Assembly: GCA_017503285.1 (NCBI GenBank) | Contig: JAFVTH010000018.1 | Coordinates: forward strand, 42,930-106,929 | Direction of reading: 5' to 3' | DNA: 64,000 nt | From: Clostridia bacterium | GTDB lineage: Bacteria; Bacillota; Clostridia; Oscillospirales; CAG-272 | In this document: positions 1-9,398 of the stretch, piece by piece | Numbering within the stretch: the first letter of the stretch is position 1 | Layout of the letters: each line of letters starts with the position of its first letter | Notes under the pieces: generated by a model | Seen by the model: the letters and a program-made list of their open reading frames with translations, nothing else | Told to the model about the DNA's origin: nothing | Databases searched by the model: none | Made by a program: the position numbers and the translations under genes

Positions 1-234
1 GTATCTTTTTGCAGATACGCCTGCCTTTTCAAAGTGACCCTTCATAGGCTTTGAAACATTCTTTGTTACGTCTTCGTAACCAACCTGGATAGCATTGTAT
101 CCATCGTTTTCTGTGGTTTTAACCTGTGTAACCACGCAAGGACCGGCCTCGATAACTGTTACAGGGATAACTGCGCCGTTTTCAGCGAAGATCTGTGTCA
201 TACCGAGCTTCTTACCGATAATTCCTTTTTTCAT
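1..234 (-). CDS. rplC: 50S ribosomal protein L3 (5' part, runs off window)
   Basis: Manual translation [40 protein letters not shown]; GGAGG RBS; follows rpsJ. Missing from ORF track. Confidence 0.97.
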   Translation of the reverse strand, partial: MKKGIIGKKLGMTQIFAENGAVIPVTVIEAGPCVVTQVKTTENDGYNAIQVGYEDVTKNVSKPMKGHFEKAGVSAKRY

Positions 235-387
235 TTTCTTTTCCTCCATATTAGGTTATTGGTTGACGTCTACTATTTGTCGTGCCACCGACACGTCAAC
301 TTGACCTTGCCGTCATCATAGTCTTACCAGTCGTGAGTAACTTTGACCTGCTACTGTACGGTGAGGTATTGGCTTGCTCGCTTGAAA

Positions 388-699
388 TTAAAGCTTAACT
401 TCGATTTCTACGCCAGCTGGAAGTTCAAGACTCATAATAGCCTCTGCAACCTTCTTAGAAGGCTTTACGATCTCGATGAGTCTCTTGTGTGTGCGCTGTT
501 CGAACTGCTCACGGCTGTCCTTATACTTGTGTACCGCACGGAGAATTGTGATGATTTCCTTCTCTGTTGGTAGTGGAATAGGACCGGATACTGTGGCGCC
601 GTTTCTCTTAGCTGCATCAACGATCTTTTCAGCAGCAGCATCAACCAACTTGTGGTCGTAGCCCTTAATTCTTACTTTGATCTTCTCGTTTACTGCCAT
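388..699 (-). CDS. rpsJ: 30S ribosomal protein S10
   Basis: GPIPLPT and [15 protein letters not shown] motifs; AGGAGG RBS. Confidence 0.99.
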   Translation of the reverse strand: MAVNEKIKVRIKGYDHKLVDAAAEKIVDAAKRNGATVSGPIPLPTEKEIITILRAVHKYKDSREQFEQRTHKRLIEIVKPSKKVAEAIMSLELPAGVEIEVKL

Positions 700-889
700 T
701 TTGCTTTCCTCCTTATATAATAGAACTTGCGGGGACTCTTTGCTCTTACACTGTCCCGTGTGTTTCCTTCACTCGCTTAACAAAACCGAACCATGCAACT
801 CTTAGGTTCGGTACAAATGCCAGCGGTGAATCTATCGGACGATGCCGAGGGAAGATGCACTCAGCCGCATTTTAGCTGCCTCTGTGAAT

Positions 890-965
890 CGGACGCGCTC
901 CGCGAAAATTCCCCACAAATGCCATAGCAGTCGGACCTTTGTGGCAACCTCTCACTTCATTGCGC
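890..965 (-). promoter_or_regulatory. S10 operon leader, conserved structured element
   Basis: Minus strand reads ATGAAGTGAGAGGTTGCC...CTATGGC...AATTTTCGCGGAG, resembling from memory the Firmicutes rpsJ 5' leader; CCACAAA/TTTGTGG stem. Confidence 0.6.
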
Positions 966-979
966 AGTCAAGCGTAGAT

Positions 980-1008
980 ATTTTATCACAATATATATAG
1001 ATTGTCAA
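980..1008 (-). promoter_or_regulatory. SigA promoter of S10 operon
   Basis: TTGACA-17bp-TAAAAT with extended TG on minus strand. Confidence 0.8.
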
Positions 1009-1224
1009 CAATTTTTTTCAATTTCTCTAAATATTGTTTTTTACAAATGCAAAATTTCCACCCATTTTTGTGCATTTTGCATATAAAATAGCGCACTTTT
1101 TGTTGATATCCCCTGTTTATAGCTCGATTCACGGCAAAATTCTTTCAAAATTTTGTATACTTGCACAAATTTGCCAATTTTGAAATTTTACAACTTTCTT
1201 CATTTAATTATATATAGATATAAT

Positions 1225-1268
1225 AAAAACGAAGGTGGGCAATTTCAACCTTGCCCACCTTGATTTTT
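1225..1268. terminator. Intrinsic terminator downstream of araD
   Basis: AAGGTGGGCAA/TTGCCCACCTT stem flanked by A and T runs. Confidence 0.7.
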
Positions 1269-1315
1269 GAAAAATTAATAATTTGTTTACAATTTAAGGG
1301 GATTTTAGCGCCCTT

Positions 1316-2023
1316 TTACTGTTTTTTCTGTCCGTAATATGCGTTTGGACCGTGCTTTCTATCGTAGTGCTTACGAAGCAGAGTTTCCTGCATTCTTTCG
1401 GTTTTGCCGTTTGCCTGTAGCATTAGCATCTCTGTGTTATACGACATCATAGCAACCTGCTCAAGAACAACTGCAGCCTCAACAGATGCCTTTGCGTTGT
1501 CGCCCCAGGTAAATGGACCATGAGAATGAACCAAGGCAGCGTGCATTTGTGTAACGCCGATATCCTTTAGCGCCTCCAAAATTACTGTACCTGTTTCCTT
1601 TTCGTACTGACCCTTAATTTCGTTATCGGTCATCTTTCTTGTGCATGGAATGGTTGTACCGAAATAATCTGCATGGGTTGTGCCGTATGGGGTGATGCCT
1701 CTGCCAGCCTGTGCATAAATAGTAGCCCAAGGAGAGTGGGTATGTGTAACTCCGCCGATTTCCGGGTATGCTTTATATAGCTCAAGGTGGGTTGGTGTAT
1801 CAGAGGATGGCTTTAGTGTACCCTCAACAACATTGCCCTCAAGGTCGATAACAGGGAGCATATCCGGTGTTAGCTCATCATACTCTACTCCGGATGGCTT
1901 AATAACTATAAGACCCTTTTCTCTGTCTATACCACTAACATTTCCCCAGGTAAATGTAATAAGATTATAGTTTACGAGCATCATATTTGCCTCGTAAACC
2001 TCTTTTTTAAGCTGTTCTAACAT
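1316..2023 (-). CDS. araD: L-ribulose-5-phosphate 4-epimerase (class II aldolase family)
   Basis: [39 protein letters not shown] motifs. Confidence 0.93.
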   Translation of the reverse strand: MLEQLKKEVYEANMMLVNYNLITFTWGNVSGIDREKGLIVIKPSGVEYDELTPDMLPVIDLEGNVVEGTLKPSSDTPTHLELYKAYPEIGGVTHTHSPWATIYAQAGRGITPYGTTHADYFGTTIPCTRKMTDNEIKGQYEKETGTVILEALKDIGVTQMHAALVHSHGPFTWGDNAKASVEAAVVLEQVAMMSYNTEMLMLQANGKTERMQETLLRKHYDRKHGPNAYYGQKKQ

Positions 2024-2194
2024 AATTAGCCTCCAAAAACAAATTTATCTGGTTATATAGTAACAAATTTTTCTATTATAGTCAAGTAACAATATTTATT
2101 TTGCTTTTATTTTTCAAATACCTTGATTTTTAATCCGTATTGTGTTAAAATCTTTGTATTAAGAAATAAATACAGCTTTTAGAAAGGTTTTATA

Positions 2195-3133
2195 ATGAAA
2201 AAGACTTATCGTCGCTTTAAGTTATTCTTGCCAATTATAGCCGGGCTTACTGTTTTTACCACCCTTCTTGGTGTTTTCATGTTTGCCTTTAACTACTTGG
2301 AGACAAACCCAAATGGCATACATTTTGGCACAGTTGCCCCAATACTGTTTATTGCATTTTTGGTTATAACCGTTGGCTTTTCCGTTTATTTTGTATTTTC
2401 AAACAAGCATATTTTTATAACAAGGACCAAAAACGATTCCGGATTTTTCAAATTCGCCTCTGTTTTTGCAATCTTGGCAGTAATTGCTCTTTCAATTTAT
2501 GATTTTTGGGCGCTGCTACAATACGGCACAGTGCTTGACACTGCTCGTCTATTCAAGGTTTTTAGACTGATTACCGTTATTCCTTTCCTTGGATTTTTGG
2601 TAATACAGGCTCTTCCAAAAAGAATCAACAGACAAAACATCATTGTCCCGGATATTTTAGTTAAGATTTGCGCAGTTTGCGCAATCCTTTGGAGCGCATT
2701 TGGCTTGCTTGCTATCTTTACATTTAATAACCCCTTGCAGTTCCCTTACTTCAAGGTAATGGTTATTATCTATTACGTTTTGCTAACAGTTTACTTCTTA
2801 CTGGATGCAAAAAATAATCATATTTCACCTAATGCTAAATTAAATGTGGTTAGTGGTATTTTACTGTTTGTTGTTTCCTTTGCCTTTGCAATCTCAACCC
2901 TTTTTGGCGAGATAATCGGCAAAATAGTAGATATGAGACTTGTTGGCATTTCCGAGTTTGAGCTTGTTTGCGCCCTCGCCCTTGGCATTTACGGATTTTC
3001 AAAGGCGAGTGAGTATGCTACTACACTTAAGTATGTTATCGAAACAGAAACAGTTTCACAGTACAAGCACAAGAAAAAGTCACAAGAAAGCAAGGACACT
3101 AAGGCAGAAGGGCCAAAGGACGAAAATAACTAA
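2195..3133 (+). CDS. Hypothetical polytopic membrane protein
   Basis: 312 aa ORF with about 8 hydrophobic segments, charged C-tail, GAAAGG RBS. Confidence 0.8.
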   Translation: MKKTYRRFKLFLPIIAGLTVFTTLLGVFMFAFNYLETNPNGIHFGTVAPILFIAFLVITVGFSVYFVFSNKHIFITRTKNDSGFFKFASVFAILAVIALSIYDFWALLQYGTVLDTARLFKVFRLITVIPFLGFLVIQALPKRINRQNIIVPDILVKICAVCAILWSAFGLLAIFTFNNPLQFPYFKVMVIIYYVLLTVYFLLDAKNNHISPNAKLNVVSGILLFVVSFAFAISTLFGEIIGKIVDMRLVGISEFELVCALALGIYGFSKASEYATTLKYVIETETVSQYKHKKKSQESKDTKAEGPKDENN

Positions 3134-3134
3134 T

Positions 3135-3212
3135 AAAAATCGCCACAGATTGTGGCGATTTTTTGTTTTAATAGTAAAGCCCTCGACAAGCGCTTGTCGA
3201 GGGCTGTTTTTT
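3135..3212. terminator. Two tandem hairpin terminators between convergent genes
   Basis: AAAAATCGCCACA/TGTGGCGATTTTT and AGCCCTCGACAAGC/GCTTGTCGAGGGCT plus T run. Confidence 0.8.
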
Positions 3213-3238
3213 TGTAAAAATGGCAGGGAGTGTCTGTT

Positions 3239-4249
3239 TTACGCCATTTTTGCAAGCATTTCCTTAGTAATTTCATACTGGGTTGGCTTGCCTGCAAGTA
3301 GGTTTTCAAACTGGTCAACAACAAGCTCTGACATGCGTTGTACCTCGTTTGCTTGGCTACCCGCTATATGTGGTGTCAAAACAACATTTTCCATTGTGTA
3401 AAGTGGGCTATCCTGTACAGGCGGCTCCTCAATAGTAACGTCAAGTAGGGCTGTTATATCCTTTCTTTCCTTAAGCACGCTTATCATTTCGTCCTCGCAG
3501 ATTTGTGCGCCTCTGCCTGTATTAATAAATGTAGCGTATTCCTTCATTTTAGCAAAGTGCTCGCCCTTTATAATACCAACCGTTTGGGGTACATTTGCAA
3601 GGTGATTTGATACAACATCACAGTTTTCAAAAATCTCCTCCAAGGTGGCTTTTGTGGCACCCAGTGTCGCAATTTGCTCCTCTGAAAGAAATTTATCAAA
3701 CACAAAAATGTTAAGCTTATATGGCTTTAGAAGCTCTATAACCTTCTTGCCGATCATACCTGCACCGATAATACCTATTTTTGCATCATAGTTACCACAA
3801 TGCTTTTTAGAAACGTCTAATGCCTCGCTGTGCATCTCCGGCTTTACAAGCATTCTTGATGCGTGGAAGAAGCCCTTGTTTGCCAAAAGGATTTGCGCAA
3901 CCGAATATTCGGCAACAGGAATAGCGTTTGCGGCAAATGCGCTGAAAATTCTAATACCTCTATTTAGCCAATGGTCTGCAAAATATTTTACAGAGCCTGC
4001 AGCATAGAAAAACGCCTTGCAGCTTGGGAAGAACCTTGCAAAGTCGTCCTTATCCTCGCTACCGCCCGGCATAGACCAGGTGGAAAATACATATTCTACG
4101 TCCTTAAAGCCATCCGGATTTGCTTCTAAATCCTCTTGACAATATACCTCTGTATCGATGTCAGCCAGCTTTTTTATCCTCTCTTGGCTTTCCTTTGAAT
4201 AAACATAGTCAATGTTAGATTTTCTATTTGCCAAATAAATTGCTCTCAT
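3239..4249 (-). CDS. D-isomer-specific 2-hydroxyacid dehydrogenase family protein
   Basis: GIIGAGMIG Rossmann motif, FINTGRG, LDVT, LTPHIAGS; start trimmed to MRAIYL. Confidence 0.88.
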   Translation of the reverse strand: MRAIYLANRKSNIDYVYSKESQERIKKLADIDTEVYCQEDLEANPDGFKDVEYVFSTWSMPGGSEDKDDFARFFPSCKAFFYAAGSVKYFADHWLNRGIRIFSAFAANAIPVAEYSVAQILLANKGFFHASRMLVKPEMHSEALDVSKKHCGNYDAKIGIIGAGMIGKKVIELLKPYKLNIFVFDKFLSEEQIATLGATKATLEEIFENCDVVSNHLANVPQTVGIIKGEHFAKMKEYATFINTGRGAQICEDEMISVLKERKDITALLDVTIEEPPVQDSPLYTMENVVLTPHIAGSQANEVQRMSELVVDQFENLLAGKPTQYEITKEMLAKMA

Positions 4250-4439
4250 TTCTTGCCCACCTATGCTTAGCTTGCGCCTTTTTTCTATGTTTATTTTTGC
4301 ACAAATCACTCTATTTGTCAAGGCTTTTACACCTTTTTTTACTTTTAGAAAAAGTAAATGCTTTTTGGCCGTTTTTCTTGACAAAGCTTACATATTATGG
4401 TAACATCATATTAGATATTATATATTATAGAGGTGAATT

Positions 4440-5765
4440 ATGGCATACAATGTTCCACAAAGTAAGGAAGCCTTTCTTCAATTGTGTCAGGAATCCGGCA
4501 CTACTTTTCCATATAGCGAGGATATTTCTCCATTAAAGGAAAAAATGGTTATTGCCGGCAAGACTGTACATAACAGAATTGTATATCAAGCTATGGAGGG
4601 CTGCGACGGTACCTTTGACGGTGCACCTGATGAGCTTACAAAAAGAAGATATTTGCGCTTTGCAAGAGGTGGCGCCGGCATTATTTGGTTTGAGGCTACT
4701 GCCGTTATGGGCGAGGGCCGTGCAAATCCACGCCAAATGTACTTAACCAAGAAAACCCAGGACGATTTTAAGAGAATCGTTTGCGATATTAAAGAAGAGG
4801 GTATAAAGGCAAACGGCTTTGAGCCCGTTGTTATCATTCAGCTGACACACTCGGGCAGATATTCTAAGCCAAAGGGCACTCCTGCTCCGCTTATTGCTTA
4901 CAACAACCCTATTTTTGAAAAAGACAACCCTATTGATAAGTCAAGAATTGTGACTGATGACTATCTTGACACTCTTCAAGAGGCACTTATTAACGGTGCC
5001 GTTTGGGCAAAGGAGCTTGGCTTTGATGGCGCTGATATTAAGAGCTGTCACAGATATCTGCTTAGTGAGCTTCTTTCCGCATATGAGCGCGAGGGCAAAT
5101 ACGGCGGTAGCTTTGAAAACCGTACAAGAATGCTGACCGGTGCTGTAAAGCAAGCAAAAATCTTAACCGGTAAGGACTTTATTATTACATCAAGGCTTAA
5201 CGTATATGACGGTTTCCCATATCCTTACGGCTTTGCTGTAAGGGAGGGCTGCGGAATTGAGCCTGACTTTACAGAGTCCAAAAGGCTTGTTAAGCAGCTT
5301 GCTTGTGATGGCATTGACCTTGTTGATATGACAATGGGTAACCCATACTTTAACCCACATGTAAACCGTCCATACTCTAAGGGTGGATATGAGCCACCGG
5401 AGCATCCTATGTTTGGTGTTCAGAGAATGCTTGACGGCATTGGAGAAATCAAGCAGGAGATTAAGGACATACCTGTAATTTCCTCCGGCATTTCCTTCCT
5501 TGGTGCTGTTAGCGCTAATGTTTGTGCAGGCTACATAAACGAGGGCAAGTTCGATTTTGCCGGCTACGGAAGACAGACCCTTGCATACCCCGACTGTGCC
5601 AACGCAATTACAAGCGGGGACAATCTTGACCCTAAGAAGCTTTGTATTTGCTGCAGCAAATGTACTGAAATTATGAGAAAGCCGGGTGGTACACCGGGCT
5701 GTGTTATCCGTGACAATGAAGTTTATGCACCTCTTTATAAGAAATTTGTTTTAGGTAAGGAGTAA
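4440..5765 (+). CDS. NADH:flavin oxidoreductase / old yellow enzyme family
   Basis: NRIVYQAM, QLTHSGR, YGGSFENRTR, C-terminal Cys cluster. Confidence 0.88.
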   Translation: MAYNVPQSKEAFLQLCQESGTTFPYSEDISPLKEKMVIAGKTVHNRIVYQAMEGCDGTFDGAPDELTKRRYLRFARGGAGIIWFEATAVMGEGRANPRQMYLTKKTQDDFKRIVCDIKEEGIKANGFEPVVIIQLTHSGRYSKPKGTPAPLIAYNNPIFEKDNPIDKSRIVTDDYLDTLQEALINGAVWAKELGFDGADIKSCHRYLLSELLSAYEREGKYGGSFENRTRMLTGAVKQAKILTGKDFIITSRLNVYDGFPYPYGFAVREGCGIEPDFTESKRLVKQLACDGIDLVDMTMGNPYFNPHVNRPYSKGGYEPPEHPMFGVQRMLDGIGEIKQEIKDIPVISSGISFLGAVSANVCAGYINEGKFDFAGYGRQTLAYPDCANAITSGDNLDPKKLCICCSKCTEIMRKPGGTPGCVIRDNEVYAPLYKKFVLGKE

Positions 5766-5768
5766 TTT

Positions 5769-6524
5769 ATGAAAAAGGTTGCTATTATTACAGGCGCTGC
5801 CGGCGGTATCGGCTACGCAACTGTTGAAAAATTTAACAAAGAGGGCTACAGCGTTGTAGCTATGGATATTTTGAACAGCGATAAGGTTGCAGAAAAGTTT
5901 GCAGGCATGGAGGACCTTGTATATGTAAAGGGTAACCTTGCCTCCGGCGAGGACAGAGCTAACCTTGTTAACTCTGCTCTTAAGGAATTTGGCAGGATTG
6001 ACGTGCTTGTTAACGTTGCCGGCGTTGCTCCAAAGGTAAGAAACGACATTCTTGAAATGACCGAGGAAAGCTACGACTTTGTTATGGATATTAACACAAA
6101 GGGTACTCTTTTCCTAACACAGCTTTGCGCCAACCAAATGATTAAGCAAGAGAGTGAAAACGGCATTAAGGGCTATATTGTAAACGTTTCCTCCTGCTCT
6201 GCTTATACATCATCCACAAGCCGTGGCGAATATTGTATTTCCAAGGCAGGCGCTACTATGATAACAAAGCTTTTTGCTGACAGACTTGCGTCCGAGGGCA
6301 TTACAGTTAACGAAATTTGCCCCGGTATTATTGCAACAGGTATGACAGAAAAGGTTAAGGAAAAATACGACAATCTTATTGCCGGTGGTCTTGTTCCACT
6401 TGGCAGATGGGGGCTTCCCGAGGACTGTGCAAACGCAATTTACACCCTTTCCTCCGGTATGCTTGGCTACACAACCGGTCAATCAATTATTGTTGACGGT
6501 GGTATGCACATCCAAAGATTATAA
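5769..6524 (+). CDS. Short-chain dehydrogenase/reductase (3-ketoacyl-ACP reductase-like)
   Basis: TGAAGGIG, NVAG, YCISK catalytic motif, VDGG. Confidence 0.9.
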   Translation: MKKVAIITGAAGGIGYATVEKFNKEGYSVVAMDILNSDKVAEKFAGMEDLVYVKGNLASGEDRANLVNSALKEFGRIDVLVNVAGVAPKVRNDILEMTEESYDFVMDINTKGTLFLTQLCANQMIKQESENGIKGYIVNVSSCSAYTSSTSRGEYCISKAGATMITKLFADRLASEGITVNEICPGIIATGMTEKVKEKYDNLIAGGLVPLGRWGLPEDCANAIYTLSSGMLGYTTGQSIIVDGGMHIQRL

Positions 6525-6536
6525 TTAGGAGCTTTT

Positions 6537-8498
6537 ATGACTGAAACAACTGTTAAATATAATGGCGTAAGCGTTAAAACGGTTAAGCTAAATACCGTTA
6601 TTGTTGGTACAGGTGCTGCCGGCTACAATGCGGCGCTCCGTCTTAGCGACTACGGCATTAAGGATATTGCTATTGTTACAGAGGGTGTTAATATGGGTAC
6701 ATCTCGTAACACCGGCTCTGACAAGCAGACCTACTATAAAATGAACCTTTGCGCTGACTATCCGGACTCTCCAAGGGCTATGGCACAGGATTTCTTTAAC
6801 GGAAAATGCGTTGACGGCGATATTGCATATGCCGAGGCTGCCCTTTCCGTGCCTTGCTTTTTGCACCTTTGCGAGCTTGGTGTTGAGTTCCCTGTCAACC
6901 GTTATGGCGAGTATGTTGGCTACAAAACCGACCACGACCCGAGGGCAAGGGCAACCAGCGTTGGTCCTCTTACATCAAAGATGATGACCGAGTGCCTTGA
7001 AAAAGAGGTTAATCGTCGTGAAATTAAAATTTACGACAAGCTACAGGTTATAGAATTTATCAAAAATGATAATACCTGTGTAGGAATTTTGTGTCTTAAC
7101 AAAGCATCTACAGGGGAAAATGACCGTTTTGTTTTATTCAATGCAGAAAACACAATAACAGCAACAGGCGGCCCTGCCGGTATTTACTCTAACACAGTTT
7201 ATCCGCTAGGTCATCACGGTGCGTCCGGTGTTGCATTTGAGGCCGGAGTTAAGGGTAAAAACCTTACAGAATGGCAATATGGTCTTGCCTCCGTTGCACC
7301 GCGCTGGAATGTTTCCGGTACATATATGCAGGTTCTGCCTCGCTTTGTTTCCGTTGATGAAAACGGCAACGAGTATGAGTTTTTGAACGAATACTTTGAT
7401 GATATCGGCACTTGCCTTTCCAAGGTATTCAGAAAGGGCTATGAGTGGCCCTTTGACTGCAAGAAGGTGCTTGGCGGCTCATCTATTATTGACCTTTTGG
7501 TTTTCCGTGAAAATGTAATTAAGAAAAGAAGGGTTTATTTGGATTTCAGAAAAAATCCATATGGACTTGAAAATCTCCCTTACGACAAGCTTGATAATGA
7601 GGCAAGGGAGTATCTTGAAAACGCGCACGCATGCTTTGGCACACCGCTTGCAAGGCTACAATTTATGAACATGCCTGCATACGACCTATATCTTTCTAAG
7701 GGCGTTGACCTTGAGAAGGAAATGCTTGAAATTGCGCTTTGCGCGCAGCATAACAACGGCGGACTTGATATTGATATGTGGTGGCAAACCAACATCCCTC
7801 ACCTTTTTGCTTGTGGCGAGGTAGCCGGTAGCCATGGCGTTTACAGACCGGGCGGCAGCGCACTTAATGCAGGTCAGGTTGGCTCTATGAGATGCGCACA
7901 ATACATTTCCAAGCACAAGGAAAACCCTCTTGCTGACGAAAAAAGCTTTGGGGACGTGGCTGAAAATGCAGTTTTGAAGCATCTTAATATCACAAACAGC
8001 ATTCTTGGAAGCGAGTATAATGCAAGTGCTTTATTAGAGAAATATCAAATGCTTATGGACCAGGTTGCCGGACCTATAAGAAACGCATCACGCTTTGATG
8101 ATGCAGAAAAGGAATTTTCAGCTATGCTTGACAGCTTTAACAGCATTGTTAAGGTTGACAAGGAGCATAAGCTATGGCAGGCATATCGCCTAAGAGATGC
8201 CCTTATTGGTCAAATGGTATACATTTGCGCTATGAAGACCTATGTGCTTGCCGGCGGAAAATCCCGTGGCTCTGCTATTTATACCTCTAAAAACGGCACA
8301 GCACCAGAGAAAATGGATGACAGCTTCCGTTTTGAGCTTGATGACGGTGGGCTTAACGATGTTGTTTTTGAAATTACATATTGTGCTGACCTTGACGGTA
8401 TGGGCGGTGGATCACGTCCGGTTAGACCTTTACCTGAGGGTGGCGGATTTTTTGAAAACGTTTGGCGTGAATATAGAGAAAACAAGAATATATATTAA
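6537..8498 (+). CDS. FAD-binding protein, SdhA/FrdA/NadB flavoprotein superfamily
   Basis: VGTGAAG, ATGG, HNNGG, LFACGEVAGSHGVYRPGGSAL, SRG motifs. Confidence 0.85.
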   Translation: MTETTVKYNGVSVKTVKLNTVIVGTGAAGYNAALRLSDYGIKDIAIVTEGVNMGTSRNTGSDKQTYYKMNLCADYPDSPRAMAQDFFNGKCVDGDIAYAEAALSVPCFLHLCELGVEFPVNRYGEYVGYKTDHDPRARATSVGPLTSKMMTECLEKEVNRREIKIYDKLQVIEFIKNDNTCVGILCLNKASTGENDRFVLFNAENTITATGGPAGIYSNTVYPLGHHGASGVAFEAGVKGKNLTEWQYGLASVAPRWNVSGTYMQVLPRFVSVDENGNEYEFLNEYFDDIGTCLSKVFRKGYEWPFDCKKVLGGSSIIDLLVFRENVIKKRRVYLDFRKNPYGLENLPYDKLDNEAREYLENAHACFGTPLARLQFMNMPAYDLYLSKGVDLEKEMLEIALCAQHNNGGLDIDMWWQTNIPHLFACGEVAGSHGVYRPGGSALNAGQVGSMRCAQYISKHKENPLADEKSFGDVAENAVLKHLNITNSILGSEYNASALLEKYQMLMDQVAGPIRNASRFDDAEKEFSAMLDSFNSIVKVDKEHKLWQAYRLRDALIGQMVYICAMKTYVLAGGKSRGSAIYTSKNGTAPEKMDDSFRFELDDGGLNDVVFEITYCADLDGMGGGSRPVRPLPEGGGFFENVWREYRENKNIY

Positions 8499-8603
8499 AG
8501 CAGGCATTGAGCTTGGTGGCCCTTGCTGCCAAGCTCATATTTTTAGCATTTTGTGTCAAATTCAGACACAGGGGGCGCGTTTTTTGCCCTTTAGGAGAAA
8601 AAT

Positions 8604-9398
8604 ATGAAAACAGGCTTAGTTTCTATTTCATTTAGAAAAAAGACCATTACAGAGCTAATAAAAGCCACAAAGGAAGCAGGGCTTGAGTATATCGAGTGGG
8701 GTGGCGATGTCCATGTACCCATGGGAAAAACACGCTATGCAAAGGCTGTGCGCAGACAAATGCACGGCTATGGGCTTAAGAGTGGATCATACGGCTCTTA
8801 TTTCGGCTTTATGTACCATTGTGACGAGAACTACCCTTTGCCATTTAAGAAGGTTCTTAAAACTGCAAAAAGGCTTAGCGCAAAAACCGTTAGAGTTTGG
8901 CTGGGCTGGCCTAACTGCGGCTGCAAAAAGGGCTGTGACCAATATATTTGCAAAAAGGGCTACGACCGTGCTGTAAGAATAGCAAGAGAGCTTTGCGACC
9001 GGGCAAATGATGAGGGGCTTACCCTTTCTATTGAGTGCCATTTTAAGACTCTTACAGATGATTACCACGACACGCTTAAGTTTATTGAGGATGTTGGCAG
9101 AGATAATCTAAGGCTTTATTGGCAACCAAACCACGCAAAATCCTTTGAATATAACAAGGAAGCGCTTACTGCCCTTTTGCCTTACATTACAAATGTGCAT
9201 GTATTTAACTGGGACGCCGCAGGCAAAAAGTATCCTCTTAGTGAGGGGGCTGACCAATGGCGTGAATACCTAAAAATTCTCAATGATGAAAACTCAAGTG
9301 AGCGCATATGCTTTCTTGAATTTATGCCGGACGGAGAGCTTGACTCACTAAAGGCAGAGGCAAAGACATTAAAAGATTTAATAGGAGAGCTGAAATGA
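8604..9398 (+). CDS. Sugar phosphate isomerase/epimerase (xylose isomerase-like TIM barrel)
   Basis: IEWGGDVH, IECH, YWQP, HVF, LEF motifs. Confidence 0.8.
   Translation: MKTGLVSISFRKKTITELIKATKEAGLEYIEWGGDVHVPMGKTRYAKAVRRQMHGYGLKSGSYGSYFGFMYHCDENYPLPFKKVLKTAKRLSAKTVRVWLGWPNCGCKKGCDQYICKKGYDRAVRIARELCDRANDEGLTLSIECHFKTLTDDYHDTLKFIEDVGRDNLRLYWQPNHAKSFEYNKEALTALLPYITNVHVFNWDAAGKKYPLSEGADQWREYLKILNDENSSERICFLEFMPDGELDSLKAEAKTLKDLIGELK

Noticed and set aside
6537-8498. Calling the flavoprotein sdhA or nadB
   Set aside because: Partner genes are absent and the FAD-attachment segment is divergent
8510-8592. Riboswitch in the gap before the TIM-barrel gene
   Set aside because: Only simple hairpins with no recognisable aptamer; more likely an mRNA stabiliser or partial terminator
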